Shown here one piece after another: positions 1-14,529 of a stretch of DNA of 64,000 nucleotides (its first letter is position 1; the number at the start of each line of letters is the position of its first letter). The DNA is from Octopus bimaculoides (taxonomy: Eukaryota): assembly GCF_001194135.2 (NCBI RefSeq), contig NC_068982.1:162220219-162284218 (forward strand), written 5' to 3'. Under the pieces are notes generated by a model, which was not told the origin of the DNA, searched no databases, and saw only the letters and a list, made by a program, of their open reading frames with translations. Both the position numbers and the translations under genes were made by a program.

Positions 1-34
<34 letters not shown>

Positions 35-646
35 TGTGTATTTGTGTGCTTTCAAGTTGAATGTTCTGTATATTTTTTGTCTTTGTATGTTCAAGGTTCT
101 GTTTTTGTCGAATTTTTTAGTTGTGTAGCATATGTACATATATGGTGTGTGTATACATTTATATATGTACTTGTACGTATATATTTATGGTTTTATGTAT
201 GTATATATTGGTCTGTATACATATATATATATATATATATATTTGCATGTATGCACATATATGCTTGCATGTTTGTATCTGTGTATGTATCTCTGCATGT
301 GTACGTATGTTGATGATGATTATCCACCAGGTTTAACTTCTGTGAACCTATATGTGGCTATGTAGACTAATGTGTGATCCACAAGTCTGGTTTCAGACCA
401 AACATTTGTCTTTTTTTTTTATGGAAGAATAGATGTTGTATTCATCACTTCAAACTGTCTTTTACTCTCGTTTATCGTTGAGATATTTGATCCATGTTGT
501 GTCATAATATTGAGCCCCAGCATAGATGAGTCCTTTTCACTTTTGATGGTTATTCACCAACAATTCACACTTATACATACTGATGCTACACTTTTCCTTG
601 AAATTTCCTTCTAGTACATCTTTACATGTGTGTGTGTGTATTTTGC

Positions 647-1024
647 CAGTGCCCCTGGACTGGCTCTTGTGCGGGTGGCACATAAGATGTACCATCCTGA
701 GCGTGACTGTTGCCAGTACCGCCTGACTGGCCTTGTAGGGTTTTCAAGCGAGATCGTTGCCAGTGCTCCTGGACTGGCTCTTGTGCGGGTGGCACATAAA
801 AGACACCATTTCGAGCGTGGCCGTTTTCGTGCGAGTGACACATAAAAGCACCCACTACACTCTCTGAGTGGTTGGCGTTAGGAAGGGCATCCAGCTGTAG
901 AAACTCTGCCAAATTAGATTGGAGCCTGGTGTAGCTGTCCGGTTGCACCAGTCCTCAGTTAAATCGTCCAACCCATGCTAGTATGGAAAGCGGACGTTAA
1001 ACGATGATGATGATGATGATGATG
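647..1024 (+). mobile_element. RTE 3'-UTR-derived short element with (GAT)n tail
   Basis: ...ttggcgttaggaagggcatccagctgtagaaactctgcc...ggaaagcggacgttaaacgatgatg; same family as the 3' ends of the LINE copies. Confidence 0.85.
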
Positions 1025-1332
1025 CCTAAACACTGCTTGCTGCTGATATTACTGTAATTTTCATGATCATGGCAGTCTGCTAGCACAAGTCGGTCAATGT
1101 TGTTGATTGTATTTTAGTTAAAGCCGTGGCTTTAACTATGTCTGTCCAGAGTTGCCTCTCTTTGGTATTTCCCATTGGTAATAGCTAAGAAGCTAGTAGC
1201 TTTGATGTCTGGGAATCCAGCAGGTGGCAGCACTGGACAAAAAGAGAGAATTTTTCTTGACAGTAACTACAGTGAGTTAGTAGTTAAAATATTTCACAAA
1301 CATATTTTGACAAACCTACAGTTCATGCGTGT

Positions 1333-1363
<31 letters not shown>

Positions 1364-3654
1364 ACTGATTACACAAAAAAACTGACCAGCATAGTAAGAA
1401 GCACTCAACAATAGCAATTAAAACTAAAGAATTATAATGAGAAATTATGACAGACAATTTTATATCAATTGTTTCCGATGCACATTTCGCAAATGTTGCT
1501 GTTTGGAATGAGTGTATTGGATTTTCTAAGTTCAATTGAGTTCTTAACATCTAATGGTGTCATTCCAAGCAGTAACATTGGTGAAATGTGCATAGGGAAG
1601 AATTGTTATAAAATTGTGTTTGTCATAATTTCTCCTACTTTTTGTCTGTATATATTAGAAAAATCTACATGAAACTCTAAAATTAGCAATAGTAGCCATA
1701 CATCTAACTGTACACCAAGATATGGTCTCTCTCTCTCTCACACACACATATAAAATATGTCTCAGTTATTGGTCTACAGCCATGCTGGAGCATCACCTTG
1801 AAGATTTTAATCAAACAAATCAACCCCACTATCATTTTTTTTTAAACCTAGTTCTTACTCTATCAATCTCTTTTGCTGAACTGCTAAATTATAGAGACAC
1901 AAAGAAGCCAACTCTGATTGTCAAGTGGTAATTGGCAGACAAACACAATCACACACACAACAGGCATCTTTTGTTTTCCATTTACCAAATCCATTCGCAA
2001 GGCTTTGATCAGTCTGGAACTATAGTAGAAAAACACCTGTCCAATGTGGCATTTCAGTGGGACTTAACCAGGAACCATGTAGTTGGGAAGCAAACATCTT
2101 ACCACACAGACACACTGATAATATGTACAGATAATTTTATGTCTGCTTTCCACAAGTGTATGTGTGTGTTTCATATGTAAAATAAACATTACATAATTAT
2201 TCCTAAAGATTTGGGCAATCAAATGTAGTTGTGTTCAGCTGTACTCATATATGCTCATTAGGAAATGGTGATGTTCCTTCTCAGTTTGTTGACAAGTACA
2301 GTTGATAGCACAAAACTTTATGTTTAATCATCTATTCTGTTTACTTTACTTGCTACATATATTAGACTATACACAGTTGTAATATGTAGCTATAGAGAGT
2401 CCTTTTGTGTTGTACCAAAAAATAAAACAGTGTGTGTACATGCATGCATGTGTGTGTGTGTACGTACATGCATGCATATGTCAGCCTCTTCCTGAGCCAT
2501 GTTTTTATTTTAACCAGCTGCTTGCTTAGTGACAAAATTGAAAAGAAAACACATTTTTAAAAAAATGCTGCCTTTTTCTTTAAAATTATCATTTATGCAA
2601 TCATTCACCCTATCAGTTGGAAGAATGTCTTACATATTTATGTTTCAGATATGATAATCAAGTGTAGTATAGGAATTATGGAGTTGTATTTTTTTCTCAA
2701 GAATCCAAATACAACAATGTTACATTCTCTAATTACAATAATAACGGGTGTAAAGCTAAACATGTCTTTTAAATACTGTATTTGTAAACTTCACATTAAT
2801 GGTCCATAGTTGTCGTAGTCCTACTGCATTTATTTTACCAATTTTATTCCAAGCTGGCAGCTAACCATCATATTAGAGTATGTGTCAAACAACATCATGC
2901 TGGCTTTTTTCTCTCTTGCAAATATGTTAAGGGCTCATTGAAGATCCCTCATGCATCATTAGTGACATGGGCAGGAGGCATCTGATCCCAATATATAGTT
3001 TATCCTCTGGCTGAATTGTGACTACCATTGTAATTGAGGGCACTTTTGTTGAATAACTTGTTTCTTTGATGCTTCTAGTTGAGTAATGTGTGCCATTTTT
3101 CTGGGAGTATGTTATTCTTTATATTTGGTGTCTGTTTTACTTTGTGTTTTGTGTTGTTCTCAGTTGCATGGTGCACTGTACACACACACACACTCATGAG
3201 ATAAGTCTCAAATTGCTAAAATAGATATTACCCACTGACGGTAGTAAAATTAGTGTAAGACTGTCACTTGTAGAAATCATATATGAAATGCTCCTAGAAA
3301 AATAAAGGATCAGTAAAGAAAATTTGGTGTATAGAAAATATCATTACCAACTCTAAAGTTTTCTACAGATTTCAAAAAACAAAAATACAGCTTCAGTACA
3401 TTACAAACGGACATTGTTGTAGTGACCTCTTTATAGTAGACCCATCAAAGGTAAGTGCAACAATAAATGAACAAGAATATTTACACACTGTTCCACTGAT
3501 ACATTTGCAAATGAGTTCTTCAACATATAAGAGGCAAAAACTGATTATGCTCTGAGAAAAAAATTAGTTACTAAGTCATGCATAGCATAATTTCCATCCA
3601 GGTAGAAACCTCATCACATGTTTTACTCCTGTGAACTGAAGTAGCAGGTTGATC

Positions 3655-4150
3655 AGTCAAACATAGATTTGGTATATCTGGACATTGTGAAGTCTTTTCA
3701 TAAAGTCGAATATAGGAATGATATAATATACCACAGAATGGTATATGGTTTTGATATATCTAGAAAACTATGAGAAGTTGTTTGACTTTTTGTGGGACAG
3801 AAGACAAGCAATTGCACTGTGCAGTATCCTTTCAAAAAAACATCAAGTGGGGTGCTACAGGGATCTGTGTTCTAGTCATTACTATTTATAATAAGCTCAG
3901 TTATTTGAAGAACAATTTTTTTGTAGTTGTGCCTGTCATACCAAAATATCAATAACAATTGATGTTAGTATGGTCAAAATTTATTGAACACAAGTGTGTT
4001 GCAACATGTACTTTCTCTGGATCAGGAGAAATTGCAATCCCAGAGTTGGAATCTATTTATAACTTGAGACCTATAATGAATAATAATGTATTGGAATTGA
4101 AAGCTTTGCAAAACGAACTGAATGCTTCAACATGGTGCCAAAATTTCTAC
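3655..4150 (+). mobile_element. Highly decayed CR1/Jockey-like reverse transcriptase remnant
   Basis: IDLVYLDIVKSFHKV at 3663-3707, FLWDRRQ, SSGVLQGSV from 3843 and LQNELN, in the expected RT motif order but in broken frames. Confidence 0.55.
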
Positions 4151-7100
4151 TTTTGCCATCCCAAGTTAATACCAGATAATGCAAGGGACCCCAGCTTTTC
4201 TATATCCTCACTTGAGAGATAGGTCTTCATGGAGCAGATGTCAACACTTGACCATTCTACTGTGTAAGATCTCAGATCATCAGGAATGTATATAACATAA
4301 AACTCCTTCATTCTCCAAAAAAATTTCAAACAATGAAAGTGGAAGTGCTGAGTTCATGAAGATCATGCATTAACATGGAGTTCCATGATGCTGTATGCAT
4401 TTTCTCATTACTTTCATGTTACACAGAAGCCAATTGCCAAAATAGGGTTTACATTGTGAAATACTACATTACAACAAGGATTTCAGGAAAGTAACACTTC
4501 TAGATGGAGGATATTTGTATGTGTTTGAGTGTGTCTCATGATTATCATTTTACATCTGCTTTCTCCATCATCATCACTATCATGATTTGAAGTCTGCTTT
4601 CCATACTGATATGGGTTAAATGGTTCAGTAGAGACAGGGACTGGCAAACCAGAGGACTGAGCCAAGCTCCAATGTCTTACCAACCACTTTACAGAGTGTG
4701 CTGGGTATTTTTTATGTGGAACTGGCACTAACGAGGTTACTAAAGTAACTTGCAAGACAAGACACCTCAACTGAGGAGTGGGGAGTAGTGTTGAGAAAGG
4801 TGGCTTTATGCCTGGTAATGAGATATTAAAGTTTGATAAGGGGATAGGAACATGTGTTGCCATTGGAAAGATACAGGGTTACCCCAGTTGGAAGAGAAGG
4901 AAGATACCTGTTAAATTAAAGATTGCAAATTTTTTATGTTAAAATGTCTTTAATTAATTGTTAATTCTAACAATCATGATAAAATTAAGTTCCATGGAGA
5001 GACAACTGTAAGGTTTGGTGGGGTTTTTTTCTAATTTCATTTATACAACTTGTAGAAAGGCATGACCATTGAAACTTCCTGTTCACACATCAGTTAAACT
5101 TAAGCCTGTCTCACAAGAAAGCAATAATTAATTCCACAGACCTTATTGTCATCCTAATATGGGTATTTTCACTATGCTTTTGTTGGTTACTTGATCAGTT
5201 TGACACAGGTCAGTAAACTAGTATCTGAGTCAAACAGCTCAACAGAGTCTCTTTTGACAATTGTCTATCACATATATTTATTTACTCTAGCTGCAGCCAG
5301 CTGAGCTGGCTGCACAACTTGTTTGCATTGCTGCACACCTCTCTCCTATTTTACTCCATTCACTCATTTTAGTTCAAGTTTCCTAAAGCATCCTCATTCT
5401 CTTCTGCTACACCACATAACCAGAAATATCTTCACTGTTTATTCAGCTTGCTACTCTTCACTCTCAACACCCCATTCTGTCTCTCTCTCTCAAACATCAT
5501 AGCAGCCAAATCTCCCTCAAATCATGACCATCTTTAAAGGATTGACATATTAATTAATGTTATCCAAGCTGGATGCATCTAAAAAGATAGGACGATCACA
5601 GCCAGAATACTGTGGTCATAAGTCTGCTTGATCAGGATACACCTAGGGCTAAACAACAGCAGCAGTAACAACAACAATAGCAGTTTAGTTCCTCATATAA
5701 AGTTACTCTCTATCAAGTGTAGATATGAGATCATCTGAAAGTAGAAACTCCACTCAACCAGTACTTCTCACTTCCTCTTTCCTGACTTTTTCCTCTTGAA
5801 ATTTCTGTTAACTTTTACCTGCCACAGAAAGATAAAGTATAAAAATGTGGAGGTGCAGTAGCTCATAGGTACTGAAGTATCGTAGTACTATGATTTAAAG
5901 GAATGGTAGTGGTACTAGTGACATAAGATCTGTGTATATACACTATTACTTTATACAGGAAGGATGTTGGTGTTATTGCTTGAATTATCAGAATTTGCAT
6001 TTCCTCACCATACACATAGGGCAACTTGCTCAGTTTGCTAGACTTTGATATCAAATCTCCCTCAGCTTTCACTATGCTGTCTCGAATAAAGAAAGTTACA
6101 TTGGATAATGTAATTCATGATATACAAAAAGACAAGATGATTGCAGTTTTGATCATAGGTCTGCTTAATCAGTACTAACTTAGGGCTAAACAATGTCATA
6201 CAGACATACATTATTTTACATATTCCATACTATGCCATATTTCCATCTGTAGGTAATAAGATGCACCTTTTTATTAGCAAAGTATATTTTGGGGGCGGGG
6301 AATGTTTTTAATAATTTATGAACATATCAAAAGTTTATTTTGTAAAAAATATCTAATTACAAATAAATTAGCTGATTGTTAACAACATTTAGTAAACTGC
6401 TGCTGGCTGTGCTCACTATAAACTATATATTGAGTTTGTTTAAATTTTAACTACCTGTTTTAAAGGTATTGCCAAGTTCTAACTGCTTGTGCAACTCACT
6501 GGTCTCCCATATACTGTGGAAATTAATGGTACATTCAAGACCTTATTATATTCAAAGGAGAGTTTATGTATGAGAGAAAGTTTCAATAAAAAAAAAGTTT
6601 CCTTACAACTCTATTTTATGACTAATTTTTAATGTGAGATTTATTTTTCTTTTGAGAAACAGATAGTTGAAGACTTCATTTAATAACACATTAATCAGTT
6701 CTGTTATCTATACCAATGTCACTACTGCAGTTCTTCATAGTGCTATTATTAAGTCCTGTTTTCATTGTTAAGGCCACAGACTTTTTAAAATCTGTTATCA
6801 ATTAATTATACTCAGAGAGTTGCTTGTGATGATTTTACTTGCTAACACAATAGTAGGTCACTTCAGTTATGTTAACTAATTTCTCATTAATAATCCTCTT
6901 CTTCTATTCTGAATGGTTTGTTGGCAGGACATCCAGTAACTGTAACCACCACAGATAACTACTTGCTTTTAATTTAAGTTCTTTTTCTTTGTTGCCTTGG
7001 TTTTTTTCAACAAACCACTTAGATGTTATGACTATACTGTTTCCAGTCACTGTTTTTGCACCACCATTTGTTGCTCATTTCCCTTAATTCATAATTTGTT

Positions 7101-8109
7101 TCCTTCCTGACCTTAATTCACATAAAGTAATTTTTCTTCATACTCTTCAGGTTTCTTCTGTGTAATCTTGGTCATTATTCTTATGTTTAGGCAAGCCAGC
7201 AAACTCATTTGCTACTATATTCCCTTTCCTACCAATCTCCTTGCTTTACCCATCATTGTCTTCATTGACACTGTATACCCCATACTTTGTGATTGTCTTT
7301 CTATAGTTTTATAGCATCTTCCAGTTATGGAAATTTTGCTTTTCTATGATAAAGTTTGTTTTTTCATTCCTGTTTTCTTAAATGCTTCTTCCTGTTTTTC
7401 CCATTCACAAATCCTCTTCCCCCTTCCTCCATCAATAACAGTCCATATTGTTACTCAGCAACTCAATAGCCTTGTTGTTTAACATATTCAACAACTTACA
7501 GTTTGTAACTAATTGTGCAAGCCTATCTGCTCTCCTTAGTCAACATTGTGAAGTGTCATAGAGTGGTACTGTCAGCTGCATAACTAATCTAACAGCTAGT
7601 GTGGCATCTAACTTTGGTCATACTTCTACCTACCTACAAATGGTATGAGAGTTATCAATGTCAATTCAGTATGTACCAAACCAAGCAAATAGTATTATGT
7701 TACCAGTGTTAATATAAACCCTGGTAAACGTCTTACTAGTAACCATCAACATTCACCAAATTAATGAATATAGTAGTTATAACACCAGAATATATTATAC
7801 ATGAATTTTAAGTGTAGGCTCTTATTACAAGACAGGGATTCGAGTGAGAATTAGATCCAGCTGTTGAAGTCCATTCTAGGAGCTTGCATTTTTGCTATAA
7901 AAGGAAGGGAGATTTGGTGGAGTTTTTTTTTTCTTTTTCAGGAAAATGTGTATCACATGAACCAGCAAGTATGGTAACTGACCTACACAGCATCATACAT
8001 ATAACTGTCAGCCAGTCAATCATAACATAATATGATTACTCTTAAGAGTTATTAAAAAAAACTTATCAAAGATCTTTTCTTTTTTTTTTTTTGTCTTCTA
8101 TAATTGCAT

Positions 8110-9140
8110 AACACATTGATACAATTTGCACTTTCTACACATTATTGAGATAATCTGCACATTCTTGAAATAAACTACATACTGTTCATATTACTGACTC
8201 AGTCTGTATATTCTTCACATGTTTTTAGATAATCCACACTTTCTACTCATTTTTGAAATACCTTCACATTATTGGGATAAACCTACACATTCTTCACATT
8301 ACTGAGATAATCTACACATTATTTACTTCATTTGAACTGTCTAGTATTGAAGAAATCGACACATTTTTTTCATATTATTAAGATAGATTTCACATTCTTT
8401 GGAGCAACTACACATTGATCATATTTTTGAGAAAATCTACACATTTTTAAAGATAAGGTATGCATTCTTTATATAACTGAGGTTATCAATACATTCTTCA
8501 TATTACTGAAATAATCAACATATTCTTCACATTACCAAAATATCATAAACATTATTCAGATTACTAAGATAATCTACAGGTCATACACATTTTTGAACAA
8601 TTTTAGACAATTTTCACATTACTGAGCTAATCTACGTAATCTTCACATTTTTCACTGTAAATTACACATTCTACATGGTTTGAGAGACAACCTACACGTT
8701 CTTCACTCTACTATTGTAATCTATACATTTTTTCACATAAACAAATTAATCTACATATTACACATTGAAGTAGTTTGTATGTTCTTTGCTTTTTTAGGTA
8801 ATCTCATTATTGCCAATAATACTGAGATAATCTGCACATACTTCGTATAATTAGGATAACATACATGGTTTTGATATGATGTGAGATAATTTAAACATTC
8901 TACATATTATTGAAATAATCTGCACATTTTCAGTGAAAGAATCGGTACATTCTTCACATCACTAAGGCAAGCAACACATTATTTACTTAATGTACACATT
9001 CTTCACATTACTAAGATATTCTACACATTGAGATAAACTACATATTTTTCACATATTGAGATAATCCACCTGTTTTTCACATTATTGAGATAATGTATTT
9101 ATTTATCACATTACTGTGTACTAAGCAATACTTCACATTA
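8110..9140. repeat. Degenerate minisatellite, unit about 29-30 bp
   Basis: Consensus about TCTACACATTCTTCACATTACTGAGATAA, recurring roughly 30-35 times with many substitutions. Confidence 0.85.
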
Positions 9141-10251
9141 CTAAATTAAGTATTCATTGTGTTGAGACAAGTTTGGGAGAAGATTGGAGTTCTTAACCTT
9201 TGGAGTACCTTCTGGCTTGTTTAGATTGATGTCTGTTTTAAAAAAAGCAGAAAGAGAAGATGCATTTATGAAATGGGGACAAGAAGAAAGGAACATGAAA
9301 ATGGATAGCTATAACTGTTTTAGTAGTAATACAAGAGACAAAGCAATATTATACTGTCAAAAATTTGAGAGTTAATGGAGTATAGTGTGTTAAGACTTGT
9401 ATTGATGTTAGATGGTTTTTATTGTTCAAAGCAGTCCAGTTAATGCATTATTCTGACCAGTTTCAAAGAGCCTGCAAAGGACATTTGTATCCCTCTTTCA
9501 ACCAATTTTGTAGTTGTGTAGCAGCTATTCTGTCCAAGATATGTGAGTAATATCGTCTTGTCAGTCACAGTTGTAATTGAATATGTAAGTGTACTTCACA
9601 TAGTTATGTGTCTGTCACAAATTTAGAGATTATAATTATCAGTTCAGTACCATAAGTACAACTATAAAAAATAAGAGTGGAAACCGGTTGTTGTTTAGTA
9701 TCCTCAGGTCTCTAATTGCACAGACATTTTATCAAAGCATCCTAGCTATGACCATATGAGCATTTTTGTTTGAACAAGGAACCTAGGACGACATTATCCA
9801 ACTCTGTGTTCTTTTTTTTAGATAATATGGTGTAATTTGAAGATTTGGTTGCTATTTCTAGTAGGTGGAACAACCACACAGAAGTTCTCTCATTTGCATG
9901 GGAATCAATATTGTTAGTGAAACTAGTGTAGATAAGTGTTGCTTTGTTGTAACTCTTCTATTGAGATGCTAACTAATAGACACATATTGCACCAAATAAT
10001 AAAAGGAAGTTTCTGTGTGAGCCCTCAACTCACAAGAAATAGCAGTCAAATCTCAATCAAATCATACCTAACGATCTTAGAAAGGAAGGACACATTGAAT
10101 AATATAATCTTAAATGTACATATCAGAAAATAAGATTATATGGTCAGAGATAGACTGTTTTGATCATGAATCTGCACACTTGCAGCTAAACAACATAGAA
10201 AACCTCCCACAGATCAAACTGTTTCAAATGATATATATATATATATATATA

Positions 10252-11098
10252 NNNNNNNNNNNNNNNNNNNNNNNNNNNNNNNNNNNNNNNNNNNNNNNNN
10301 NNNNNNNNNNNNNNNNNNNNNNNNNNNNNNNNNNNNNNNNNNNNNNNNNNNNNNNNNNNNNNNNNNNNNNNNNNNNNNNNNNNNNNNNNNNNNNNNNNNN
10401 NNNNNNNNNNNNNNNNNNNNNNNNNNNNNNNNNNNNNNNNNNNNNNNNNNNNNNNNNNNNNNNNNNNNNNNNNNNNNNNNNNNNNNNNNNNNNNNNNNNN
10501 NNNNNNNNNNNNNNNNNNNNNNNNNNNNNNNNNNNNNNNNNNNNNNNNNNNNNNNNNNNNNNNNNNNNNNNNNNNNNNNNNNNNNNNNNNNNNNNNNNNN
10601 NNNNNNNNNNNNNNNNNNNNNNNNNNNNNNNNNNNNNNNNNNNNNNNNNNNNNNNNNNNNNNNNNNNNNNNNNNNNNNNNNNNNNNNNNNNNNNNNNNNN
10701 NNNNNNNNNNNNNNNNNNNNNNNNNNNNNNNNNNNNNNNNNNNNNNNNNNNNNNNNNNNNNNNNNNNNNNNNNNNNNNNNNNNNNNNNNNNNNNNNNNNN
10801 NNNNNNNNNNNNNNNNNNNNNNNNNNNNNNNNNNNNNNNNNNNNNNNNNNNNNNNNNNNNNNNNNNNNNNNNNNNNNNNNNNNNNNNNNNNNNNNNNNNN
10901 NNNNNNNNNNNNNNNNNNNNNNNNNNNNNNNNNNNNNNNNNNNNNNNNNNNNNNNNNNNNNNNNNNNNNNNNNNNNNNNNNNNNNNNNNNNNNNNNNNNN
11001 NNNNNNNNNNNNNNNNNNNNNNNNNNNNNNNNNNNNNNNNNNNNNNNNNNNNNNNNNNNNNNNNNNNNNNNNNNNNNNNNNNNNNNNNNNNNNNNNNN
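10252..11098. other. Assembly gap. Others at 15614-15623, 17992-18271, 46953-47930, 48394-49233, 51282-51291, 52381-52655, 53214-53223
   Basis: N runs, mostly flanked by microsatellites or RTE ends. Exon phases are continuous across the gaps inside the gene model, so no kinase exon needs to lie in one. Confidence 1.
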
Positions 11099-13290
11099 AT
11101 ATATATATATATATATAAGCTTTCTTTATTGGTTTAGTCAGAGTAATAAGGGCAACTCTCATGACATTTATCAGAGTTGCTAAGAATGTTGGCAAGAAGT
11201 GATAATTGGACCAGAGACCAGGCCCAAAGGCTAGCAACAAAACGAACTCCACTAAAAATAACTATGGAATTAACAGTCTAAAATTTCCCTCTACCAATCC
11301 TAATAACAACTCACCACAGACATTTATGTGTATAATTGACATATTAACTTCATTAGAAATATAAATATTTTTTAAACTTTTATTTCTAATGTTATGTCAC
11401 TTGTTCTTACTATTTTTATTATCTTAGAATTATACCAAACATGGTGAAATGCCAAGCAAATTTTATTCTTCCATTCTGACTTTGGTATGCCTGCCAACTT
11501 TGGTGTAATTATGTTAAATTAGTATAATTATGTTAAATAGTGTAGTTATTACTTATTTCGCATTTTCTGAGATGGAAAATGTTATATCCTGGTAAATCCT
11601 TTATGGCATTGTTTTAGCTAATCTATGGATTTATTTTAATATGGAATAGGTGCAGGCATAGTTGTGTGGGTCAGAAGTTTGCTTCCAAACCACATGGTTT
11701 TGGGTTCAGTCATAGTCATGGCATCTTAGTGAAGAGCCCTGGGTCAACCAAAGCCTTGTGAATGGATTTAGTTGATGGAAACTGAAAGAAGCCCATCATG
11801 TGTGTGTGTGTCTTCATGTCTTGACATCACATCATAGTTATAAAACAAGCAATAGTATAATATATATGGTGTTGTTTTCTTCTGTGAAAATATGTCCAGC
11901 CGTTGGAGAATATTACCTTGCTTGGCAACAGGTTAGGGTTAGTGAAAGGAAGGGCATTCAGCCATAGAAATCTGCCTCAACAAATTCCATCTGGAAAAGT
12001 GAATGTTAAAATGATTATGATGAAATGGGTGTTTTTTGTTTGTTTGTTTTTACATTTCTTCAACTGACAAATTAACTTGTGTACCACCTCATCTTCTGTC
12101 TATCTCTCTGTGTCTCCCCCCTCTCTCTTTCTCTTAGAAAAACAAAAGGTGTAATCATATGAGAGAGTGGGGTTGTCACAATAGTTTATGATTATATTAA
12201 CTTAGTGAGTCTCTTTATGCGCCATTTGGTTCACATAACACACACACACACACAACAGTTTTATGTCTGAGATCTTACTGTCAGAAAACTGATACATAAC
12301 CACACAAGCTCGACTATTATGATAAAATAAAACCCTCTAAAGAATATCACTGCTGCATACCTTTTATTAAATGGAAAATCCATTATTTTTAGAATTGTCA
12401 AAATTGTTTCTATCCACAGAAAATGTTATTAAAATAAGTTACAATTTACCAATTTTCCAAGAGCAGTTTAGAAACGAATTAATCTTACAGCCTTCTATCA
12501 TGGAACATGTCATCTAATAAGAAAAAAAATAATAATATATTCAAATTTAATTTGAATTGCATATTTGCTTTATGCAAATTCCATTTCAGTGATATTTTTC
12601 ACAAACTTGAATCTAAAAAAGAATCTCTATTGTTTCTAAGTAGTCTCTTTATTGATTGACCTCAAACTGATAAATTGAGTTTTTACTGACAAACTATGTC
12701 TAACAATAAACTGAATTTCTACTCTTGGCAGTTTCCATTCATGATATTAAATAAATATTTTCAAAAACTATTTATCAATATGATTTATGTTTTTTATCTT
12801 ATTGAATAGTTTTCAATATTAATATTTATTTAACCACCTTGGAGAGCAACTTTTTTTTTTTACAACATATATTAAAAATAACTCAGTTTTAAACTTCGGT
12901 GTACTTGTTTGGGAAGTGACTTGATCTACTTGATCTGAGATTATGTATTGAAACTGAAGCAGTTATATTGTAGTAGAGTCACTTTATATATTCACTTCTG
13001 CTTTATTTGATAATATATTGTATAGTGTGGAAAACATTTACTGTGCCTCAATGACCAGATCTCTAACATCGGTTAACTGTGTTTTGAATGGTTAGCATGA
13101 CTCTTCCATAATGTAATTGTTTCAGTTTTAAACAGTTTCCCTTTTAATCTTTATAAGTTTACAGATCTTATTTGTCATCATACCACAGAAAATCTTTTAC
13201 TGATTTCAGTTATTGGATTATAGTCATGCTGGTGCACTACCTTCAAGAGTTTTAGTTTGATTATATTAACCTCAGTACTTACTTCAGTCT

Positions 13291-14529
13291 TGATGCTTCT
13301 GGTTCTTAGCAAAGAAGTAATCAAATGCACACAAACACACATGTACACACACATACGCACGCACACATGCACATACACACAGAATAACATGATAGTGTAT
13401 GAAATTATGCAAAAAAACACACAATACTTTATAATTGAGCAGAACAGATTTTATTGTTTCTAAGTAGTCTCTTTATTGATTGACCTCATTTATTGAGTCA
13501 CCTTTTATGATTTAGGGACACAACTCAACACACCATTTTACACTGTTTGCTCATTTACTTGCTTATAGTTGTTCATTGAATCTGATAATGGCTTTCTTCA
13601 TCATTTGCTGGTCCTTTGATGACTACACATTCCAATTTTTGATGTGCTGAATTAATTGCAGACAAAACATGTAAATGTTTGGTTAGAGAGGACAGATGTT
13701 GGCTTCTCCTGGTAGTGCTGTGTATATTTCTCCTCCATATCTTTTATCCTCTCCCTGCCAACATTGAAACTACCAAGATGAATGGCAAGTAGAAATGTTT
13801 TCCACTTTTGAAGGGTTGACAATGTTCCTCTTCAAAATGATCTTCAGTTGGTCATTAAACTGTTTCTTTGTTCCTTTTGCTAGACATTAATCATGTTCAG
13901 TCAGTTGTAAAGACCTTATACAGTTATACTCTCTCTCTCTCTCTCTCTCTCCCTCTCTCTCTCTCCCTCTCTCTCTCTCAGTTTTTGTTTACCAATTTCC
14001 ATAGAAGATTCTATGCAAGGATATTTTTTTTCAGTGTGTTTCACACACTTTCTCAAGATTTCATTTGCATTCATTTCTTTGTCTTCATCATCTTGGTTTC
14101 AAACGTTTATCACACATGAATTCTGCCTGGTAAGACCAATGTTTTATGTCAAATTCTGCAGAATCAGACCAATGTGAGGAAGACAAATATATCTATATAA
14201 GCTCAGAGAGTTTCTGTGGTATAATAACAAATAGGATTTCTTAACTTGTAATGATGAACAGAGAATGTTTAAAACAGATTTATAGTCACATTTTCAACAA
14301 ATATATTCTTGTCTCAAGATCAGGAAGATGAAATTCTGAGTAGTGACTCATACAAAAGTTTTCCAATGAATAAAATCCGTTCTGCTCTATTATAAAGTAT
14401 TGTGTGTTTTTTTGTATAATTTCATACACTATCATGTTATTCTGTGTGTATGTGCATGCATGCGTGTGCGTGTGTTTGTGTGTATATGTGTGTATTTGAT
14501 TACTTCTTTGCTAAGAACCAGAAGCATCA
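13291..14529. repeat. Inverted duplication: 13291-13455 vs 14369-14529
   Basis: tgatgcttctggttcttagcaaagaagtaatcaaat is mirrored by atttgattacttctttgctaagaaccagaagcatca, and the match continues through to aataaaatc. Confidence 0.9.

Noticed and set aside
611-948. Recurrent ORFs (ASAPGLALVRVAH; LQLDALPNANHSESVVGAF), also at 15203-15518 and 53177-53425
   Set aside because: Translations of the non-coding RTE 3' UTR repeat, not a gene family.
8110-9140. CRISPR-like ~30-bp periodicity
   Set aside because: Units are contiguous and degenerate with no unique spacers, there are no cas genes, and the context is eukaryotic intronic DNA.
10114-11252. Long ORFs spanning N runs (also 17879-18363, 46842-49329, 52309-52704)
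   Set aside because: Artefacts of translating assembly gaps.
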